NCBI GenBank assembly: GCA_963668695.2
Contig: CAXXLQ010000004.1
Location: forward strand, 1,536,001 to 1,600,000
Direction of reading: 5' to 3'
DNA: 64,000 nucleotides
Source: Vicinamibacteria bacterium
GTDB lineage: Bacteria; Acidobacteriota; Vicinamibacteria; Marinacidobacterales; Marinacidobacteraceae
A model generated the notes under the pieces. The model did not search any database, was not told where the DNA came from, and saw only the letters and a list, made by a program, of their open reading frames with translations. Within the stretch, counting starts at the first letter, position 1, and each line of letters opens with the position of its first letter. The translations under genes and the position numbers were made by a program. Shown here piece by piece: positions 1-9,106 of the stretch.

Positions 1-591
1 TTGTTCCTCGCCCTCACCACCTCGATCGGGGCTCCGGGGTGCGTCAACACCGAGGACAACGAGACCGCGGCGAGGATGGAACTGCCCGAACTCGTCGCCT
101 ATTGGGCCGTTCGCGGCCGGGATTCCGAGGGCAACAACTACATCCGGCCGGCGGTGCGTTTCCGGGTGCAGAACACGAGTCCGGAACCGGTCCAGTACGT
201 CCAGGTGATGTCGGTCTTCCGTCGCGAGTCGTCGCCGGAAGAGGCCTGGGGTACGGGATACCTGCACACGGTCTTCGAAGGACCCCTCGCGCCGGGAGAA
301 GCGACCGGGGAACACACCCTGCGCGCGGACTCCAACTACCTCTCGCAGGGCGCCCCCGAGCGCATGTTCGAGAACGAACTCTGGGAAGACGTCGAGGTCG
401 AGATGTTCGTCCGGGTCGGCGCGTCCTCGTGGGTTTCGCGGGGAACGACCATCGCGCTTCGTCGGCTCGGACCGCCGGGTGTCGAGAAGTACCTCGAGCC
501 CATCGAGGGCGAACCCCTCTACGGCGCAGCTCCGGGACCGGAAACCCCGCCCGCGGAAGATCCCGAACCCGAGACTCGTCCCGAGCGCTAG
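1..591 (+). CDS. Hypothetical exported/lipoprotein, probably 5'-truncated by the window edge
   Basis: Open frame from base 1 with a hydrophobic stretch ending in APGC (lipobox-like), GC3-rich codons, Pro/Glu-rich tail. Confidence 0.6.
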   Translation: MFLALTTSIGAPGCVNTEDNETAARMELPELVAYWAVRGRDSEGNNYIRPAVRFRVQNTSPEPVQYVQVMSVFRRESSPEEAWGTGYLHTVFEGPLAPGEATGEHTLRADSNYLSQGAPERMFENELWEDVEVEMFVRVGASSWVSRGTTIALRRLGPPGVEKYLEPIEGEPLYGAAPGPETPPAEDPEPETRPER

Positions 592-689
592 CGGCCTCTG
601 GATAACCCGGCGGAAGCGCCGGGGTGACGCGTGGCTACGCGATCATCGCGAGAGGCGATTACGCCCGACGCGGCGTCGCTTTCCGCTAC

Positions 690-1224
690 CAGCCGGTGGT
701 GGAACCCGGGTGAGCGCCGAGAGCGGCCAGTTCTCCCGGTGGGGGCGAGGCCCAGTTCTCCCGGTGGGGGTCCGGCTGACAAGGCGCGTGAGGGAGGAGC
801 CCCCACCGGGAGAACTGGCCCGGGTGTATTCCGACCGAAACGCAACGATGAGCGGCGCGCAGCGACGCGGTTCAGCCGGGATGGATCGCCGGCCGAGCCC
901 CCACCGGGAGAACTGGGCCGCGTGGGTTTCATCAGCGGTTGTTCAGCCGGGATGGATCGCCGGCCGAGCCCCCACCGGGAGAACTGGGCCGCGTGGGTTT
1001 CATCACCGGCTGTTCAGCCGGGATGGATCGCCGGCCGAGCCCCCACCGGGAGAACTGGGCCGCGTGGGTTTCATCACCGGCTGTTCAGCCGGGATGGATC
1101 GCCGGCCGAGCCCCCACCGGGAGAACTGGGCCGCGTGGGTTCCACCACCGGCTGTTTGGCGGGATGGATCGCCGCTCGAGCCCCCACCGGGAGAACTGGG
1201 CCGCGTGGGTTTCACCACAGGCTG
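690..1224. mobile_element. Modular MITE/REP-like element, copy 1, containing 5 x 71-bp tandem units (871-1224)
   Basis: Ends CAGCCGGTGG...CCACAGGCTG, right flank CTAG; internal modules shared with the other copies. Confidence 0.75.
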
Positions 1225-1346
1225 CTAGCCCACCAGGTCGCGCACTTTTCGCTGCACCGCTTCTTGGGGGCGACCAGCCCGGATTTCCATGGGCGTCCGG
1301 TTACCCTGGCTCCCAGGCGCCGGTAGTACGCGCTGCTGGACGGTGC

Positions 1347-1408
1347 GCGGAAAAGGGGTAATGAAGAATGCGGAAAAGAGGTAGTCGCACGTGCGGATAT
1401 TGGGTATC
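1347..1408 (+). promoter_or_regulatory. Three direct repeats (GCGGAAAAGRGGTA-like) with 23-bp period upstream of the AAA-DUF4143 gene; putative operator
   Basis: Copies start at 1347, 1370 and 1393 (third degenerate). Confidence 0.5.
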
Positions 1409-1418
1409 ATGACTCGCG

Positions 1419-2648
1419 ATGGATGTTTATCGCCCGCGTTTTCTGGATCGGATTCTCCCCGGGTTGCTTGCCGACCATCCGGCGGTCATGGTCACTGGCG
1501 CGCGTGCCACCGGCAAGACCACCACCGCGATGCGGCATGCGGCGACGGTCGTTCGACTCGATCGGGAGGCAGAAGCGTTCGCATTCCGGGCCGACCCCGA
1601 CGCGGCGCTCCGCGACCGGCCGGAACCGGTACTGCTCGACGAGTGGCAGGCGGTCCCGGAAGTGCTCGGTGCGGTGAAGCGCCTGGTGGACTCCGACCCG
1701 CGTCCGGGGCGTTTCTTGCTGACTGGCTCGGTCCGGGCCGAGGGGGACGCCCAAAGCTGGCCGGGCGTTGGGCGGGTGATCCGGGCGGAGATGCACCCCT
1801 TGACGGTGGCGGAGCGCCTGGGGTGCTCTCCTCGACCGCTCGTGGACCGGATCGTTGCCGGCGAGCCACTTCGCCCGCCGGATGATGTTCCCGACCTCCG
1901 CGGGTATCTCGAACTCGCGCTGGCGGGAGGGTTCCCCGAACCGGCGTTCGCTCGTTCGGCCGAAGCGTCCCGGCGGTGGTACCGCAGCTACGCAGATCAC
2001 CTCGTGACCCGGGATCCGGCCGGGGCGGCGAACGGTCGGGATCCGGCGCGCCTACGGAGGTTTCTCAGTGCCGTTGCCCTCAACTCCGCCGGGATCGCTA
2101 CCGAACGGACGCTGCACGAGGCTGCGGGAATCAACAAGCGCACCGGAATCGCCTACTGGCGCTTTCTCGAAACGCTCGGGGTGGTCGATGCAGTTCCCGC
2201 CTGGGCGTCGAACCGGTTGAAACGCCTGACCGGCGCGCCGAAGCGATACCTGGCCGACTCCGGACTGCTCGCCGCAGTGGCGCGCGCGAATCTCGATGCC
2301 GTGCTGGCGGACGGGGACCTGCTGGGTCGGATGCTGGATACGCTGGTCGCCGCGCAGTTGCGCGCGGAGGCAACCGTCGCGGTCAGCGAGCCGCTGCTCT
2401 ACCACCTGCGGCAGGAACAGGGCCGGCGGGAGGTCGACATCGTTGCGGAAATTGGCACGGGTCCGGTGGTCGGATTCGAGATCAAGGCAAGGGCGGCCCC
2501 GGGTCCGGGTGATGCGCGCCACCTGCGTTGGCTGCGGGATGAACTCGGAGACCGGTTCCTCGGTGGGGTGGTGTTGCACACCGGGCCCCACAGCTACCCG
2601 CTCGCCGAGCGGATCGTGGCCGCTCCCATCGGCACGCTGTGGGCGTGA
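1419..2648 (+). CDS. ATP-binding protein, AAA_14 + DUF4143 family (C-terminal PD-(D/E)xK-like domain)
   Basis: Walker A GARATGKTT, Walker B LLDEWQ, FLLTGS, GGFPE, PKRYLADSGL, EVDIV...FEIK. Confidence 0.9.
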   Translation: MDVYRPRFLDRILPGLLADHPAVMVTGARATGKTTTAMRHAATVVRLDREAEAFAFRADPDAALRDRPEPVLLDEWQAVPEVLGAVKRLVDSDPRPGRFLLTGSVRAEGDAQSWPGVGRVIRAEMHPLTVAERLGCSPRPLVDRIVAGEPLRPPDDVPDLRGYLELALAGGFPEPAFARSAEASRRWYRSYADHLVTRDPAGAANGRDPARLRRFLSAVALNSAGIATERTLHEAAGINKRTGIAYWRFLETLGVVDAVPAWASNRLKRLTGAPKRYLADSGLLAAVARANLDAVLADGDLLGRMLDTLVAAQLRAEATVAVSEPLLYHLRQEQGRREVDIVAEIGTGPVVGFEIKARAAPGPGDARHLRWLRDELGDRFLGGVVLHTGPHSYPLAERIVAAPIGTLWA

Positions 2649-2817
2649 GGCTGCGGAGGTGGACGCCGTGACCGCGTCGGCCGGAGGAGCAGCCTTCGCA
2701 CGTCGTCGCCTTGGCGGCAGCAACGTACTGCCGGCCGGAGATCCGGTAGTCCCTGGTCCACCACCGCTCGTAGGGGCCGGCTGGTAGGGGCTGGCTGGTA
2801 GGGGCTGGTTGGGCGGG

Positions 2818-3939
2818 CTATCCGTAGCGCCGCTGGTGGTCCCAGGTCGCGAAGCGGTCCGTCATGCCGGCGATGTAATCGCAGACCACCCGTTCCCGGG
2901 ACGATGGCCCGATCCGCAGCTGGAAGTGGGCCGGCAGGTCCCCCGGCGTTTCCAGGTAGTAGCGAAAGAGACCAGGCAGCCGCCGCGTCTCGGCCTCGGT
3001 AGTTGCCGCGACGCGCGGATGGCGGTACAGCCGTTCGTGGAGGACCGTCTTGAGTTCCCGCAGTTCGCTGTCCTGGCGTGCGGGAAGCTCGACAACGGGT
3101 GACACGGACTCGGGCGCTCCCGGGCCGCTGCTTCCGGGTTTCTCGATTCCGGATTCCCGGATCCGGCGTTCGGTTTCCTCGATGAGCGCGACCACGAGGT
3201 CTGCGATGACTCCGCGAAGCAGGGTACGGACGTTCACTCGCCCGTAGTTCTGCCCGCCTCCCGGAGACCCGGGCCAGTGCCGCCGGAACAGCGCCGCCTC
3301 CTCCAGGTCGGAAACTCCGATCAGGCCCGAGGCGAGGCCGTCTTCCATATCGTGCGCGCTGTAAGCGATCTCGTCGGCCACGTCCGCAATCTGCGCCTCG
3401 AGGGGCGGCGGCCCCAGGCCCCGAAGGTCATCCGGAACGAATCCTGTCCGGCTCGAATGGGCGAAGATCCCGTGCCGCGATTCGCGCGTCAAGTTGAGGC
3501 CCGGAAAGCCCGGATAGGCGCGTTCGAGTTCGTCCACGATGCGGAAGGACTGGATGTTGTGCTCGAACCCTCCGTGATTCCGCATCAGGCCGTCGAGAAC
3601 CTCTTCCCCCGCGTGGCCGAAGGGGGTGTGCCCGAGGTCGTGCGCGAGCGCCACTGCTTCGGTGAGGTCTTCGTTGAGGCGGAGCGCCCGGGCGATCGTG
3701 CGCGCGATTTGCGCGACCTCGAGGGTATGGGTGAGCCGGGTCCGGTAGTGGTCGCCTTCGTGGTTGATGAAGACCTGCGTCTTGTACTGAAGCCGGCGGA
3801 AGGCGCTCGAATGGATGATCCGGTCCCGGTCCCGCTGATACGCCGTCCGCAACGATTCGGACGCTTCCGGCCAGCGGCGGCCCGCCGTGCGCGAACTGCG
3901 GCAGGCCGCAGGACGCAGGCCCACCTCCTCTACCTCCAC
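2818..3939 (-). CDS. dgt: Deoxyguanosinetriphosphate triphosphohydrolase (dGTPase, HD family)
   Basis: YQRDRDRIIHS.AFRRLQYKTQVF, RTRLTHTLEV, HDLGHTPFGHAGE, DYIAGMTD. Confidence 0.95.
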   Translation of the reverse strand: MEVEEVGLRPAACRSSRTAGRRWPEASESLRTAYQRDRDRIIHSSAFRRLQYKTQVFINHEGDHYRTRLTHTLEVAQIARTIARALRLNEDLTEAVALAHDLGHTPFGHAGEEVLDGLMRNHGGFEHNIQSFRIVDELERAYPGFPGLNLTRESRHGIFAHSSRTGFVPDDLRGLGPPPLEAQIADVADEIAYSAHDMEDGLASGLIGVSDLEEAALFRRHWPGSPGGGQNYGRVNVRTLLRGVIADLVVALIEETERRIRESGIEKPGSSGPGAPESVSPVVELPARQDSELRELKTVLHERLYRHPRVAATTEAETRRLPGLFRYYLETPGDLPAHFQLRIGPSSRERVVCDYIAGMTDRFATWDHQRRYG

Positions 3940-3944
3940 GTGAG

Positions 3945-4194
3945 CAACCTGTGAACAAGGTGGCGCGGCCCAGTTCTCCCGTGGGGGCTCGACCGGCGAT
4001 CCATCCCGGCTGAACCGCTCCGCTTCGCTTCGCTCATCGTTGTGCTTCAGTCGAAATACGCACGGGCCAGTTCTCCCGGTGGGGGCTCCCCCCTCGCACG
4101 CCTCGTCAGCCGGGCCCCCACCGGGAGAACTGGCCCCACCGGGAGAACTGGGCCTCGCCGCTCTCGGCGCTCACGCCACCTTGTCCACAGGCTG
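3945..4194. mobile_element. Modular MITE/REP-like element, copy 2
   Basis: About 21-bp TIR CAACCTGTGAACAAGGTGGCG / CGCCACCTTGTCCACAGGCTG; right flank CTAA. Confidence 0.75.
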
Positions 4195-4203
4195 CTAACC
4201 CAG

Positions 4204-5151
4204 CTAACCCGGCGCGTAATAGCCGAGTTTGGTCCGCACCCGGAGATCCGGGAGGTTCGTCTGCACCACGATGCGCCGCCAGGCGCCGTCCTGCCGCGGA
4301 TTGTTGGAGATGTAGCCGACGTTGTACTGGCTCTTCAGTTCCTCGGCGATCCGGTCGTATACCGATTCCAATTCCGCCAGCTCGGCAGGGAAGAACCATT
4401 GGCCACCGGTTTCTTCGGCCAGGTTCTTGAGGACGTGCTCGGCCTCGGAGAAGCGCCGTCCCCGCCGGCGCGCGGTGTTCTGGAGCGAGATGGAGTAGAT
4501 GACGACGTCGGTGTCCTTGGTCAGGTCGAGTACCTGTTCGAAGGTGACGAGCGAGCTGGTGTCCCGGCCGTCGGACAGCAGGATGATGGCTTGCCGGTGG
4601 GCTTCCATACGCTGGCGCTCGAGCGAGCGCAGCGAGATGTACATCGCGTTGTGCAGTTTCGTCGTCCCGCCCGCCTGGGTCATCCGGATGGCCTGTTCGA
4701 GATCTCCATGGCTGTTGGTGAACTTCTGCAAGACGTTGGCGTGGCTGCCGAACTCGACCACCTCCGCCACGTCCTCAATGCGCAGGGTCCTGGTGAACCG
4801 GACCGCCGCCTCCTGGGCGAAGTGCATCTTGTCCACCATGCTGGCCGAGGTGTCGAGCAGCAGCACCATGCGGATTGGCAGGTCCTCCCGCGAGAAGGCC
4901 TCGATTTCCTGGAGGATGCCGTCCTCGTAGACCGAAAAATCTTCCTCGATCAAGTCGGTGATGAACCGCTCACGGCCGTCGGTGACCGTGACGTTGAGCG
5001 AGATCAGGTCCACCGTCACCCGGAACTGGTAGGCCTGCTGGAGGAGAGGGCCGGCCAGCGCCGTCAATCCGCTGAGGGCCAGCGCCAGCGTTCCTGCCAC
5101 CACAATCCCCCGCCAACTCCGGAGAGCCTTGCGGGAGGGGTGCGTTTGCAT
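4204..5151 (-). CDS. VWA-domain protein (acidobacterial VWFA-related type), exported
   Basis: Signal peptide; FRVTVDLISLNVTVTD; MIDAS LLLDTSASM; IILLSDGRD; LAEETGG; QYNVGY. Confidence 0.9.
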   Translation of the reverse strand: MQTHPSRKALRSWRGIVVAGTLALALSGLTALAGPLLQQAYQFRVTVDLISLNVTVTDGRERFITDLIEEDFSVYEDGILQEIEAFSREDLPIRMVLLLDTSASMVDKMHFAQEAAVRFTRTLRIEDVAEVVEFGSHANVLQKFTNSHGDLEQAIRMTQAGGTTKLHNAMYISLRSLERQRMEAHRQAIILLSDGRDTSSLVTFEQVLDLTKDTDVVIYSISLQNTARRRGRRFSEAEHVLKNLAEETGGQWFFPAELAELESVYDRIAEELKSQYNVGYISNNPRQDGAWRRIVVQTNLPDLRVRTKLGYYAPG

Positions 5152-5235
5152 CGGAATGGCTATTCTGACGCAAAGCCCAAGCTGGCCCCGGGCCGCCTCC
5201 GCCGTGGCGAAACGGGCTGCCAGCCCCGATTCCGA

Positions 5236-5787
5236 ATGATTCCCGCCGAATCGCCGCCGCCGAGCGAACAGGACACCCGGAATGCGAAGACCGCCGCGGT
5301 CCTGACGGCGAGCGACGGTTGCGCCGCGGGAGTGGTGCCGGATCGCTCCGGGACCATCGCTCGCGGGATCCTCCAGGAACTCGGGTTCCGTATTGCCGAC
5401 TCGGCGATCGTGCCCGATGACGTGGAAGCCATCCGGGAGAGAGTCAAGGCGTGGGCGGCGTCGGGCATCCGGCTGGTACTGACTACCGGCGGAACCGGCC
5501 TCGGTCCTCGGGACCGCACGCCCGAAGCGATTACGCCTCTACTCGATCGGGAACTACCGGGTTACGGCGAACTGCTGCGGTCCGAGGGTCTCCGGGATAC
5601 ACCGATGGCCGTGCTTTCCCGGAGCCTTGCGGGGAGCATCGGCGGCACCCTGGTGATCGTGCTGCCAGGGAGCCCCCGAGCCGTCAAGAGCGGCCTCCGG
5701 ACCCTCGCCCCGACGATCCCCCACGCCCTCCAACTGCTCGCCGGAGACACTGCCCATCGCCCTCCCGGAAATACTCATAACGGTTGA
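5236..5787 (+). CDS. mogA: Molybdopterin adenylyltransferase, MogA/MoaB family
   Basis: VLTASD, DRSG, IVPDD, TTGGTGLGPRDRTPEA, LPGSPRAV; start placed at ATG 5236 inside the longer track ORF. Confidence 0.85.
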   Translation: MIPAESPPPSEQDTRNAKTAAVLTASDGCAAGVVPDRSGTIARGILQELGFRIADSAIVPDDVEAIRERVKAWAASGIRLVLTTGGTGLGPRDRTPEAITPLLDRELPGYGELLRSEGLRDTPMAVLSRSLAGSIGGTLVIVLPGSPRAVKSGLRTLAPTIPHALQLLAGDTAHRPPGNTHNG

Positions 5788-5846
5788 TATACTTGGCTAA
5801 TTCTCCCTTGCCGCCCGCGGCATGAACCGGTAGGCAGACTCCGAAA

Positions 5847-6179
5847 ATGACACCCGAAGAACTGCAACTGCACGAAGCGAATCTTCTCGCCAAAAAAGCC
5901 GCCATCGAAAAACTCGTCCACACCCGCGTCTTCTCCCGGACCCCGCCGCACGGAGATGACGGCGACCGGTCCATGGTGGCCAACGACGACGAGATCGCGA
6001 TCCAGCTTCAGCAAAACGACGCGAAGCTGCTCCGCGCGATCGACAAGGCGCTCGCCCGCATCCAGGCCGGCGAATTCGGCATCTGTTCCGACTGCGAGGA
6101 GGAGATCCCGCGCGTTCGGCTGGAGGCGGTGCCCTGGACGCGCGTCTGCGTCCCCTGCAAGGAACGGCAGTATTCCTGA
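5847..6179 (+). CDS. TraR/DksA C4-type zinc-finger protein
   Basis: IDKALARI..GEFGICSDCEEEIP..RLEAVPW...CVPC. Confidence 0.9.
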   Translation: MTPEELQLHEANLLAKKAAIEKLVHTRVFSRTPPHGDDGDRSMVANDDEIAIQLQQNDAKLLRAIDKALARIQAGEFGICSDCEEEIPRVRLEAVPWTRVCVPCKERQYS

Positions 6180-6211
6180 ACGTCGCATAGCGGCCTCGGA
6201 ACACGCCCCGG

Positions 6212-7003
6212 ATGGATCTCGGCATCGCCGGGCGGGTCGCCGTCGTCGCCGCGGGAAGTCAGGGGCTCGGCCGCGCGGTTGCCGAAGCGCTGGCCGCTGA
6301 GGGTGCCCAGGTCGCGATCGGGGCGCGCGGCCGGGACGCGCTCGAGCGGACCGCCGCGGAGATCCGCGACCGCCACGGGGTGGAGGTTCTTGCCCATCGG
6401 GTAGACGTCGGGGATCCGGATGCCGCGTTCGGATTCGTCCGCGCCGCGGAGGAGCGGTTCGGGCAAGTGGACATCCTGGTCACGAACGCCGGCGGGCCGC
6501 CCCCGACCCGCCTGCGGGACACCACACCCGAGCAGTGGCGCGATGCGCTCGCACAGAACCTGCTCTCCTGCGTGAACCTGGTGCGCGCGGCCCTCCCCGG
6601 GATGATCTCGCGCCGCTGGGGGCGGATCCTCGCCATCGCCTCTGTCTCGGTGAAGCAGCCCGTGCCGGACATCATCCTGTCCAACACCGCGCGGTCGGGG
6701 ATCGCCGGTTTCATGAAATCGCTCGCGAACGAGGCCGCGCCCCACGGGGTGCTCGCCAACGTGCTTTGCCCGGGATATACGCGAACCGCGCGGCTCGTGG
6801 AGCTGGCGGACCACCTCGCGGAAGCGCGTGGTTGTTCGGTCGACGAGGTCTACGCCGAATGGTCGGCGGACATCCCGCTCGGACGGGTGGGGGAGCCGGA
6901 AGAGTTCGCCGCCGCCGCGGCATTCCTCGCCTCCGAGCGGGCCAGCTATATCACCGGAACCGTGCTGGCGGTGGACGGCGGCCACATCAAGAGCGTGACG
7001 TGA
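6212..7003 (+). CDS. SDR family oxidoreductase
   Basis: AGSQGLG, DILVTNAGGPP, SNTAR, IPLGRVGEPEE, ASYITG..LAVDGG. Confidence 0.92.
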   Translation: MDLGIAGRVAVVAAGSQGLGRAVAEALAAEGAQVAIGARGRDALERTAAEIRDRHGVEVLAHRVDVGDPDAAFGFVRAAEERFGQVDILVTNAGGPPPTRLRDTTPEQWRDALAQNLLSCVNLVRAALPGMISRRWGRILAIASVSVKQPVPDIILSNTARSGIAGFMKSLANEAAPHGVLANVLCPGYTRTARLVELADHLAEARGCSVDEVYAEWSADIPLGRVGEPEEFAAAAAFLASERASYITGTVLAVDGGHIKSVT

Positions 7004-8259
7004 CATTGGGCGGCGGGCCGGACCGGGATATCTACCGGTCTCTGCTGGCGTACGAGAACCTTGGACTCCTCTTGGAGTTGGCGGTCGAAGCGTTCAACGC
7101 GACGGTCTCAGAGTTCACCGCAGCTGGTTGCATCGCCCCCGTGCCTCCGCGCGACCGCCGCCGTATTGAGGACTTCGCCGACCTCCACGACATGCTCCGC
7201 AGTCGCTTCATCTTGGAGACCAAAGGTGACGTGTCGTTCCAGTGGCTTGCCGACACTTTCAAGCGCGACGTCAAAGGCCGTTCCGACTATGACTCCCTCT
7301 CTCGGACGTGTCACGAACTCTCGCCCACGTTCCGGTTCATTCAGAGCCACCGGAATCGCCAGCAACACAGCCGGGCACGCGGGACCCCCGCCCAGATCAG
7401 GGCCTTGGCCAGTGCCATCCAACAGGTTCTTGAACTTGCGACTCCCATGTTTCGCGAGACCCGAGCGGAAGAACTCGCGGCTCTTCACAATCACTGCCAT
7501 CGCGCGATCAACGTCCAGCTCCGGGAATCGGATGCGTCGTCGGAGGCTCCTCACGTCCCGAAAGGTCCGCCACTGGCCGCAAGATCAGTGCGCCTGGAGC
7601 TCACTTCCGGGTCTGGCGGCGAGCCGGTTTCTGAATGGATCGCACGCCGAGGAGATGTGCTGCCCCGAGAGGGCCAATGTGTGCTCCAGATCGGCGGACT
7701 TCAGGAGCCGGGCGGTGACGTCCTTCTCCGGCTGGCCCTGTGGATGACGAGCTTCCATGACCCAGCGAGCGGAGTCCTCCTCGAAAAGGTGGTGCTCCGG
7801 AATGCCGCCGTCCGGCAGGCCGTAGTTGCGGGGACCTTGGAGCTCCGCTGTGATTTCGGAATTAGCGCGGAGGGCTGGCTTGACCTCAACGTTTCAACAT
7901 CGGGGTCGCCGCCAGTGAGGATCGCCACACGCCGGTTTCCTTATCCGCAGCGCCCGGAGCAGTTCGCAAAGATCTGCGGGACGCGGTTAGATCTCGCGCG
8001 AGACGCCGTTTGGCAGCACGTTGATGCCTGGAGCACGGAGTTGGGCCGCGATGACGAGCCCGGCTCTGAAAAAGGGATCGAGGAGGCTGAGAAACTTCAG
8101 TATCGCCTACTGCGCGCTCTCGTGGACCTACACGATTGCATCCAAGGCTGCCTTGGCGTAGAGGGGCGGTACTTACCGGGCGAGGAGATTCTCGACGACG
8201 ATCTCAATGACCTGGTGCGCAACTGCACAGAGGGGTTTTCCGGGGGCTGGTCGGTGTGA
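7000..8259 (+). CDS. Hypothetical protein: putative HEPN-like N-terminus (RNRQQH) plus Hsp70 substrate-binding-like beta domain
   Basis: GTG overlaps the SDR stop (GTGA); RxxxxH motif; later segment resembles the DnaK SBD-beta (LRCDFGISAEGWLDLNV vs IEVTFDIDADGILHV). Confidence 0.6.
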   Translation: MTLGGGPDRDIYRSLLAYENLGLLLELAVEAFNATVSEFTAAGCIAPVPPRDRRRIEDFADLHDMLRSRFILETKGDVSFQWLADTFKRDVKGRSDYDSLSRTCHELSPTFRFIQSHRNRQQHSRARGTPAQIRALASAIQQVLELATPMFRETRAEELAALHNHCHRAINVQLRESDASSEAPHVPKGPPLAARSVRLELTSGSGGEPVSEWIARRGDVLPREGQCVLQIGGLQEPGGDVLLRLALWMTSFHDPASGVLLEKVVLRNAAVRQAVVAGTLELRCDFGISAEGWLDLNVSTSGSPPVRIATRRFPYPQRPEQFAKICGTRLDLARDAVWQHVDAWSTELGRDDEPGSEKGIEEAEKLQYRLLRALVDLHDCIQGCLGVEGRYLPGEEILDDDLNDLVRNCTEGFSGGWSV

Positions 8260-8260
8260 T

Positions 8261-8635
8261 CTAGCGTGCTGCAGCCGGGTGGTACTGGCGCACCAGCAGG
8301 TCGGCCGGAAGGTTCCATTTGGCCGAGAGGGCCCGGATCATCGGCAGTGTCAACGGGCGCCAGCGACTGAGCACTTCCGAGGTGCGTGGCTGGGAGCCGA
8401 TCAGGGCAGCGAGATCCTTCTGCCGTAGGCCGCGGGCTTTCATGGACTGCTGGATCGCCGAGACGGGATCGGGGGCCTCCACGGGCCAACCCGCGGCTTC
8501 GTAGGCTTCGACCAGCGTCACGAGGATCTCGAGTTCGTCGCTTTTGGTGTCTCAGGTGGCGCGCTCATGAGGCGGTCGATGGCAGCCAACGCCGCGCCGT
8601 CGTCGCTTTCGTTCTTGATCGGCTTGGATGTCCAT
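8261..8635 (-). pseudogene. higA: HigA-like antitoxin, frameshifted
   Basis: MDI/KPIKNESD..AALAAIDRLM/..DELEILVTLVEAYE..PDPVSAI..GLRQKDLA.LIGS..RTSEVL..RPLTLPMIRALS; +1 and -1 indels with an intervening stop. Confidence 0.75.
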
Positions 8636-8648
8636 CGTGAACCCCTCA

Positions 8649-8770
8649 TCAGATTGTGGACGCCTCGACCGCGTCGCAATGAACGTGCGCTCCAACAAAG
8701 CGTACGAATCCGATGCGGTTCGGATGATCCAAACGCATGATGAGTTCGCCCGTGATCCGGTCCTCCTGCA
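8649..8770 (-). pseudogene. higB: HigB-like toxin C-terminal remnant
   Basis: ELIMRLDHPNRIGFVRFVGAHVHCDAVEASTI resembles the HigB C-terminus (..FIRFVGTHAEYD.ID..TI); lies directly upstream of the higA remnant. Confidence 0.55.
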
Positions 8771-9106
8771 AACTCCGCCGGGGATGATGAGGCGCCGCCC
8801 GGGGCAGGGGGGTGGCGGGACTGGGGTTGGGAGCCGGCGCCGCGCTGACGTTGGCATGGCCGAGCGTCATCGGCGGTGGTTTCGCGCTCTCGCGCGATGC
8901 CGACCAGAGGTCCGGCGTTCCAAGCCGTCCCCGCGCTTTTTCGCGGTGAGCAGTGCGCGGTGCTGGCTGGACGTCGGTGTTCCCGGGCCGGCGGCGCCCT
9001 CCGGGGTCGCTGGATCGGTCCTTGCATACGTTGACCTCACGCCGCCGATCCGGTACCTTCCGCGCGCCGTTTATTCCTGTACTTCAGGAGTGCTCAGTAA
9101 GCCGTT

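Noticed and set aside
479-1361. ORFs made of SRDGSPAEPPPGELG / MDRRPSPHRENW peptides (also near 13.1, 15.4, 47.3, 52.4 and 60.5 kb)
   Set aside because: Translations of the repeat element, not genes
2774-2815. Short GGGGCTGGCTGGTA repeats between convergent genes
   Set aside because: Only 2-3 degenerate copies; no function can be inferred
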